Positions 59,025 through 64,000 of a stretch of 64,000 bases of DNA are shown here, piece after piece. The stretch spans positions 2,311 through 66,310 of the forward strand of contig VGOW01000015.1 of the NCBI GenBank assembly GCA_016875735.1. Reading direction: 5' to 3'. Under the pieces are notes generated by a model that was not told where the DNA came from, made no database searches, and worked only from the letters and a program-made list of their open reading frames with translations. Source of the stretch: Chloroflexota bacterium (GTDB taxonomy: Bacteria > Chloroflexota > Anaerolineae > Anaerolineales > VGOW01). Position numbers and translations under genes: made by a program. Each line of letters opens with the position of its first letter. The first letter of the stretch is position 1.

Positions 59025-59447
59025 ATGGCGGGAACACGACTCGGCATCAGCGAATTGATTAGGCGGGCGGGCGATCTGCCGCCTCTGCAGCGCGTGGCGC
59101 AAAAGGCGTTGGAGATCATTCGCGACCTCGCCTCCGATATGGCCGATCTTGCCGAGATGCTGTCGCTCGACACGGCGCTGGCCGGCCTCGTGTTGCGCTG
59201 GGCCAACTCGCCCTATTACGGCCCGGCCTCCACCATTTCCACCGTCCAGCAAGCCGTCACATACCTCGGCCACAACGTGGAACGAATGAAATGGACAGAT
59301 GCCGCTTTCGGTGAATTGTGTCGAGAAGGTTGTGCCTTTCGTCAAAGAAGCCGAGCAATTCATCAAGAAGCGCAAATAACTCGATGTCTCGCGCACCGAG
59401 ACACTGAACTGTGCGCTGCGCCAGACGCGCGCCGAGGAGAAGCCTGA
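59025..59447 (+). pseudogene. Truncated HDOD-domain ORF (N-terminal about 85 aa only)
   Basis: 'LPPLQRVAQKALEIIRDLASDMADLAEMLSLDTALAGLVLRWANSPYYGPASTISTVQQAVTYLGHN' is HDOD-like. After about nt 59280 the similarity ends, the sequence turns Cys/Arg-rich, the local DNA looks less GC-rich, and no other frame continues the domain. Confidence 0.4.
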
Positions 59448-59448
59448 C

Positions 59449-59985
59449 ATGAACGTGAAGTTCTTGAATCCATTTGTCGAAGCCGCCAATGAGGTGCTGG
59501 AAGCCGAAGCGCAAACTGTCATGAAGCGCGGCAACCTCACTCTGCAAAAATCTTCGCTCACCGCCGATGAGGTGACCGTGATGCTCAGCCTCGTCGGGCA
59601 AGTGCAGGGGGTCGTGTTCTATGGCATGTCCGTCGCCACTGGCCTGGCTCTCGTGTCGCGGGTGATGGCGCAACAGTTTAAGACCTTCGACGCTTTGGCC
59701 CAGAGCGGGGTGGCCGAACTGGGCAACGTCATCACCGGACGGGCCAGCATTAAGTTGGCCGAAGCCGGCTATATCGCCAACATCTCGCCGCCGGCTCTGA
59801 TTCAAGGGCAATCGGTGACGATTTCCACTTTTGATTTTTCGCGGATCGTCGTGCCGCTCTCGTGCGAATTTGGCAACCTCATGGTGCATCTGGCTGTGCG
59901 CGAAAGCCCGTCCAATGCGCGCAATGCAAACTACGCGCCGGTCGTTGGCGGAATGGCGATGGCGGTGGGAGAACTTGGAAAATGA
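59449..59985 (+). CDS. cheX: CheX-type CheY-P phosphatase (copy 1)
   Basis: 'MNVKFLNPFVEAANEVLEAE...AQSGVAELGNVITGRASIKL' (single E-x2-N motif). Confidence 0.75.
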   Translation: MNVKFLNPFVEAANEVLEAEAQTVMKRGNLTLQKSSLTADEVTVMLSLVGQVQGVVFYGMSVATGLALVSRVMAQQFKTFDALAQSGVAELGNVITGRASIKLAEAGYIANISPPALIQGQSVTISTFDFSRIVVPLSCEFGNLMVHLAVRESPSNARNANYAPVVGGMAMAVGELGK

Positions 59986-60506
59986 ACGTCAAGTTTCTGA
60001 ACCCCTTTGTCGAAGCGGCCTATGAAGTTTTGCAGGCCGAAGTGGCCATCGAAATTGCGCGCGGCGAACTGAGCCTCGAGAAGGAAGCCTATGTGACCAA
60101 CGATGTCACTGCCATCATCAGCGTCGTTGGCTTGGTGGAGGGGACGGTTTTCTACGGCATGGATCAGCGGGCGGCGGTTAGCTTTGCTTCGCGGATGCTG
60201 AGCGAGCCTTTCGAGGCCTTCAACCATTTGGCGCAGAGCGGCATTGCCGAATTGGCTAACGTGATCACCGGGCGGGCTACCGTCAAACTGTCACTGTCCG
60301 GATACGAAGCCACCATCTCTCCGCCCACCATGCTCATCGGCAAGGGGTCCACCATCTCCACCCTCGACTTTGCCCGGCTGGTGGTGCCGCTCCAAAGCTC
60401 CATCGGCTCAATTGTGATCCATTTGGCCCTGCGCGAGGGAGCGCGCCAACTCGGACTCGCCGCGGCGACCATGCCGGTTCCGGCGCGGCCTTCGCTCATG
60501 CGATAG
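59982..60506 (+). CDS. cheX: CheX-type CheY-P phosphatase (copy 2, tandem paralog)
   Basis: ATGA overlap with copy 1. 'MNVKFLNPFVEAAYEVLQAE...AQSGIAELANVITGRATVKL'. Confidence 0.75.
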   Translation: MNVKFLNPFVEAAYEVLQAEVAIEIARGELSLEKEAYVTNDVTAIISVVGLVEGTVFYGMDQRAAVSFASRMLSEPFEAFNHLAQSGIAELANVITGRATVKLSLSGYEATISPPTMLIGKGSTISTLDFARLVVPLQSSIGSIVIHLALREGARQLGLAAATMPVPARPSLMR

Positions 60507-60648
60507 AACTGTGGCGCGCTGTGCCCGAGCTTGATTAACGGAGTTTTTATTTCTTAATTACTGCTTGTTTATGGACACAGTTCTCCGATTTAACTTACTC
60601 TGTGAATGCCTTGTGAAAACCTTGACATTACCGTAAGGAGCATAACCC

Positions 60649-61107
60649 ATGGAAGATCAACTTGTCGTATTCGACCTCGCCAACGAACACTACGGCCTGG
60701 ACATTGCGGCGGTGGAGGGCATCATCAAGATGCAAGCCATCACCGCCGTGCCGCGCGCACCCACGTTTGTGGAAGGCGTGACCAACCTTCGCGGCAAAGT
60801 GCTGCCGGTGATCGACTTGCGCAAGCGCTTTGGCCTGCCGAGCAACGAGACCACGAAAGACACCCGCATCGTCGTCGTGGAAATGGGCGGGGCGACGGTG
60901 GGCATTGTGGTGGACGGCGTGAGCGAAGTTCTGCGGGTCAACCGCGACGTTATCGAGCCGCCCTCGCCGATTGTCACCACCGTGGACTCGTCGTTCATCC
61001 GCGGCATCGCCAATCTGACCGAGCGGCTGGTCATCCTGCTCGACCTGGGCAAGGTGCTCAACACGCAGGAGAAGGTCGAGCTGCGCAGCCTGCCGGTGGC
61101 CGGCTGA
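60649..61107 (+). CDS. cheW: Chemotaxis coupling protein CheW
   Basis: 152 aa. 'LVVFDLANEHYGLDIAAVEGIIKMQAITAVPRAPTFVEGVTNLRGKVLPVIDLRKRFGL'. Confidence 0.92.
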   Translation: MEDQLVVFDLANEHYGLDIAAVEGIIKMQAITAVPRAPTFVEGVTNLRGKVLPVIDLRKRFGLPSNETTKDTRIVVVEMGGATVGIVVDGVSEVLRVNRDVIEPPSPIVTTVDSSFIRGIANLTERLVILLDLGKVLNTQEKVELRSLPVAG

Positions 61108-61166
61108 GGGCCAGTCACCGGACAAACTCTAGTGATTTGCTCCAAACGTGAAGAGGCGGTTATGAG

Positions 61167-63353
61167 ATGAAAACTTTTATGTCCTGGATACAGGCCAGCC
61201 TGAGTCGGCGGATGGGCCTGCCGTTGCTATTGGGTATGCTGGCGCTTGACGCGGCAGCCGTCTACGTCATCTACCGGGTCCAAATCCAAAACGTGGCGGC
61301 GCAGGCCGCCCGCCAGGCCCAGGTAGTCGTCGCTCAGACCCTGGCCACCCGCGCCGTCTACACTGAGAATGTTGTCGGCAAGCTGAAGGCGGACGGGGTG
61401 GCCGTGACGCCGTCGGCCGACTTCATCGATACTGTCGGGGGCATTCCCCTTCCGGCCACGCTGATTCATCGCATCTCCGATCGCGTCAACGAACAAGGTC
61501 TGTACCGGATCAGCCTCATCAGCCCCTGGCCCATCAACCCCGAAAAAGGGCCCAAATCGGACTGGGAGAGAGCGGCCGTCGCGGACCTGGTCAGCGACCC
61601 CCAGTCGAGACAAAGCAGCCTGGAGACGGTGAACGGCGAAAGCCGTTTGCTGTACATGAGCGCCGACTTCGCGTCGGCCGAAGGCTGCGTGGCCTGCCAT
61701 AACGCCCACCCGGCCAGTCCCAAGACGGATTTCAAAGTGGGCGACATGATGGGGGCATTGATCGTCGAAGTGCCGCTCACCGACGAGTTCGCCGCCGCTC
61801 GCGCGCAGGCGCTCTGGATGAGCGCGGGAATGATCGGCGTGTTCACAGCGCTCGTCGGGCTCATCCTGGCGTTCCAGCGCGCGGCAGTCATCCGCCCGAC
61901 TCAGCATCTGGCGCGGGCAGCCCAGAAATTGGCGCAGGGAGAGCTGGATGTAGATTTCGAGGTGAAATCCCAGGACGAGATAGGCCAGATGGCGCGCGCT
62001 TTTGCCCGTCTGGCTGACTATATCAAGGGGATCGCCTCAGTCTCTACCCTGATGGCAGCCGGCGACCTCAGCGCCGACGTCACTCCCCAATCCGAGCGCG
62101 ATGTATTGGGCAATGCCTTCGCGCAGATGACCGCCAATTTGAGGAATCTGATCGGCCAGGTGACCGCCAGCGCCAACAACGTCGGCGCCGCCTCCGGGCA
62201 ACTGGCTTCCGCCGCCAATCAGGCCGGGCAGGCCACTGCCCAAATCGCCGCCACTATCCAGCAGGTGGCGCAAGGCACGCAACACCAAACCGAGAGCGTG
62301 ACCAAGACCGCCGGTTCCGTCGAGCAGATGTCGCGGGCGATTGACGGGGTGGCCAGAGGCGCCCAGGAACAGGCCGCCGCCGTCACCAAGTCCTCCACCC
62401 TCACCGCCCTCATCTCCACCGCCATCCAACAGGTGGCCGCCAATGCCCAGTCCGGCGCCAAGGGCGCCGCCGAAGCCGCCCAGACCGCCCGCGCCGGCTC
62501 TTCCACCGTCCAAGCCAACGTCAAGGGCATGGAGAGCATCAAAGCCAAAGTCGGCCTGTCGGCAGAGAAAGTGAAAGAGATGGGGCGGCGCTCCGAGCAG
62601 ATCGGGGCCATCGTCGAGACCATTGACGACATCGCCTCCCAGACCAACCTGCTGGCCCTCAACGCGGCGATTGAAGCGGCGCGGGCGGGCGAGCACGGCA
62701 AAGGCTTCGCCGTGGTGGCCGACGAAGTCCGCAAACTGGCCGAGCGCTCCAGCGCCGCCACCAAAGAGATCGCCGGGCTGATCCGCGGCATCCAGCAGTC
62801 GGTGGCGGAAGCGGTGAATGCGATGGACGAGGGCGCGCGCGAAGTCGAAACGGGCGCGGCGCGGGCCAACGAGGCCGGGATGGCGCTCACCAGCATCCTG
62901 AAAGCGGCAGAATCCGTCAATCAGCAGGTGGAGAAGATCGCGGCGGCGGCGGCGGAGATGAGCGCGGCGTCGAACAAGTTGATGGACGCGATGGACGCGG
63001 TGAGCGCGGTGGTGGAAGAGAACACGGCGGCCACCGAAGAGATGGCGGCGGGCAGTGATGAGGTGTCTCGGGCGATTGAGAACATCGCCAGCGTGAGCGA
63101 AGAGAACAGCGCGGCGGTGGAGGATGTGAGCGCGGGGGCCGAGGAGATGAGCGCGCAAGTGGAAGAAGTGACGGCCTCGGCCCAGGCGCTGTCGGAGATG
63201 GCTCAGGCCCTGCAAGCGCTGGTGCGGCAGTTCAAGTTGGACGACGGCGGATGGGCGACCGCCGACCACCGTACGGTCAGTCGTCCGCCGTCTGCGGTCG
63301 CGGTGTCAGGGGACAATGGGCGGCGCTTCGAAGGCCTGGCGGAAATCAATTAG
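61167..63353 (+). CDS. Methyl-accepting chemotaxis protein with extracytoplasmic CxxCH (putative c-type haem) sensor domain
   Basis: TM1 (aa 17-37); about 175-aa domain ending '[35 protein letters not shown]' (CVACH at 61686..61700; DUF3365/Tll0287-like pattern); TM2; HAMP; MA domain '[39 protein letters not shown]'. Confidence 0.9.
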   Translation: MKTFMSWIQASLSRRMGLPLLLGMLALDAAAVYVIYRVQIQNVAAQAARQAQVVVAQTLATRAVYTENVVGKLKADGVAVTPSADFIDTVGGIPLPATLIHRISDRVNEQGLYRISLISPWPINPEKGPKSDWERAAVADLVSDPQSRQSSLETVNGESRLLYMSADFASAEGCVACHNAHPASPKTDFKVGDMMGALIVEVPLTDEFAAARAQALWMSAGMIGVFTALVGLILAFQRAAVIRPTQHLARAAQKLAQGELDVDFEVKSQDEIGQMARAFARLADYIKGIASVSTLMAAGDLSADVTPQSERDVLGNAFAQMTANLRNLIGQVTASANNVGAASGQLASAANQAGQATAQIAATIQQVAQGTQHQTESVTKTAGSVEQMSRAIDGVARGAQEQAAAVTKSSTLTALISTAIQQVAANAQSGAKGAAEAAQTARAGSSTVQANVKGMESIKAKVGLSAEKVKEMGRRSEQIGAIVETIDDIASQTNLLALNAAIEAARAGEHGKGFAVVADEVRKLAERSSAATKEIAGLIRGIQQSVAEAVNAMDEGAREVETGAARANEAGMALTSILKAAESVNQQVEKIAAAAAEMSAASNKLMDAMDAVSAVVEENTAATEEMAAGSDEVSRAIENIASVSEENSAAVEDVSAGAEEMSAQVEEVTASAQALSEMAQALQALVRQFKLDDGGWATADHRTVSRPPSAVAVSGDNGRRFEGLAEIN

Positions 63354-63473
63354 CTTGCGCAAGCGCTTTGGCCTGCCGAGCAACGAGACCACGAAAGACA
63401 CCCGCATCGTCGTCGTGGAAATGGGCGGGGCGACGGTGGGCATTACAGTGGACGGCGTGAGCGAAGTTCTGCG
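63354..63473 (+). pseudogene. 120-bp internal fragment of cheW (near-identical copy of 60816..60935)
   Basis: 117/120 identical by eye. All three differences fall in one codon (GTG to ACA, Val to Thr). It begins 1 nt after the MCP stop and lacks both CheW termini. Confidence 0.8.
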
Positions 63474-63503
63474 AGGGCGACGCTCCGCAACAAAGAGAGA
63501 AAT

Positions 63504-64000
63504 ATGAACGCATTCAACAACCTAAAAACCGGCGTCAAACTGGTGGGCGGATTCCTGCTGGTGGCCGCCATCATTGTCGTGGTGGCTGTGCTGGGCTACA
63601 GCGACATGAAGAGTCTCAACGATGGCATGCGTGGGATGTACTTCGAAAGCACGTTGCCCATTGAGGATTTGGGGCAGGCCGACGCGGCGATGTATCAACT
63701 CCGCGGCGATGTGTACAAGTACATTTTGCTCCCCGATGAGCGTGAGAAGGTCTTAGAGGCGATTACGGAAGCTACCCGGACGGCCAACGAGAGGGTCGAT
63801 AAATATCGGGCCACTTATCTGGTTGAAGAGGAAGTGCAGGGGCTGGCCGAATTCGATCTGGCTTGGGCAACGTATCAAAGCGAAGTGAAGGCTTTGCTGG
63901 CCAAGGTGGACGCTGGCGACGAGCAGGGCGCTATCGAAATGTTGCTCAGCGGTGGAAGCGCCTCGAACGCGCGCAAAGCCGTTGCCGCGGCGATCGATAA
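63504..64000 (+). CDS. Methyl-accepting chemotaxis protein, N-terminal 4-helix-bundle sensor (3' end outside window)
   Basis: ATG 63504. 'MNAFNNLKTGVKLVGGFLLVAAIIVVVAVLGYSDMKSLNDGMRGMYFESTLPIEDLGQADAAMYQLRGDVYKYIL' is typical of the 4HB_MCP sensor class. The frame is open to the window end, so it is absent from the ORF track. Confidence 0.7.
   Translation, partial: MNAFNNLKTGVKLVGGFLLVAAIIVVVAVLGYSDMKSLNDGMRGMYFESTLPIEDLGQADAAMYQLRGDVYKYILLPDEREKVLEAITEATRTANERVDKYRATYLVEEEVQGLAEFDLAWATYQSEVKALLAKVDAGDEQGAIEMLLSGGSASNARKAVAAAID

Noticed and set aside
59299-59379. 26-codon ORF 'MPLSVNCVEKVVPFVKEAEQFIKKRK' as a possible small protein gene.
   Set aside because: It is too short, has no SD, and lies inside a region that looks like a decay scar. 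The resemblance to the CheX N-terminus rests on about 6 residues.
60507-60648. AT-rich 140-bp spacer upstream of cheW, examined for sigma-28 (TCCGATTT) or TTTACTGAC-type promoters and for a TTGACA box at 60633.
   Set aside because: Only partial matches were found (ATTACTGCTT-N17-TCCGAT; no convincing -35 for a sigma-28 site; TTGACA has no suitable -10). A promoter is plausible there, but I cannot place it.
480-63269. Many long ORFs antisense to, or out of frame with, the annotated genes. Examples: 480..1130(-), 1049..2050(+) 5' part, 5564..6439(-), 6497..7180(-), 12273..13319(-), 18581..19945(-), 25315..26289(+), 29321..30922(+), 41916..43112(+), 43170..44273(+), 44015..45370(-), 45345..46700(+), 46764..47771(+), 53569..54573(-), 62037..63269(-).
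   Set aside because: Each overlaps a gene with unambiguous family motifs on the other strand or frame. Their translations are Arg/Gly/His/Pro-rich low-complexity sequence, typical of stop-poor alternative frames in GC-rich DNA. None shows a recognisable motif or an independent Shine-Dalgarno.
1-64000. Looked for transposases, integrases, phage genes, toxin-antitoxin pairs, restriction or defence systems, tRNA/rRNA genes and CRISPR arrays, including at the borders of the GT island.
   Set aside because: None recognised. The island borders are a terminator hairpin (37013) and the che promoter region, with no direct repeats, tRNA or recombinase. Horizontal acquisition cannot be argued from this window. 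The impression that the 37-42 kb gene is less GC-rich was not quantified.

Overview
GC-rich bacterial chromosome segment that is almost entirely a motility super-locus. (1) Plus strand, 1-19.9 kb: fliL-M-N-O-P-Q, an HDOD gene, fliR-flhB-flhA-flhF, a small membrane ORF, fliA, two unknown ORFs (one LPXTG-anchored), flgF-flgG, then flgM-flgN-flgK-[REC/HD-GYP]-flgL-fliW-csrA-[REC/HD-GYP]. (2) Minus strand, 20.4-36.8 kb: fliC-fliD-flaG-fliS-sortase, then [GH-like ORF]-flgC-fliE-fliF-G-H-I-J-[SLT]-flgB-fliK-flgD-flgE. (3) Minus strand, 37.1-52.8 kb: an accessory island of very large soluble multi-domain glycosyltransferases (about 8 GT catalytic domains, one FkbM methyltransferase and many TPRs in four genes), headed by a TPR-like ORF and an FGE-sulfatase-domain ORF, directly upstream of the flagellin gene. 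(4) Plus strand, 53.3-64 kb: cheA-cheC-cheD-cheY-cheB-cheR, an HDOD remnant, 2x cheX, cheW, an MCP with a CxxCH sensor domain, a cheW fragment, and a second MCP cut by the window end. Gene order is Bacillus-like and no flgH/flgI/flgA (L/P ring) genes are present, which fits a monoderm-type flagellum; the organism is not identifiable from sequence alone. No rRNA, tRNA, CRISPR array or transposase was recognised. The most interesting signals are: the putative cytoplasmic flagellin-glycosylation mega-enzymes; a sortase plus LPXTG substrate embedded in flagellar operons; a recurring TTTACTGAC-N17-TAnACT promoter-like motif linking the glycosylation island to flagellar and chemotaxis operons; a GH-like ORF at the head of the rod/MS-ring operon; and c-di-GMP-type (HD-GYP, HDOD) genes inside late flagellar operons. 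All calls come from reading the translated ORFs and the DNA by eye; no database search was run.
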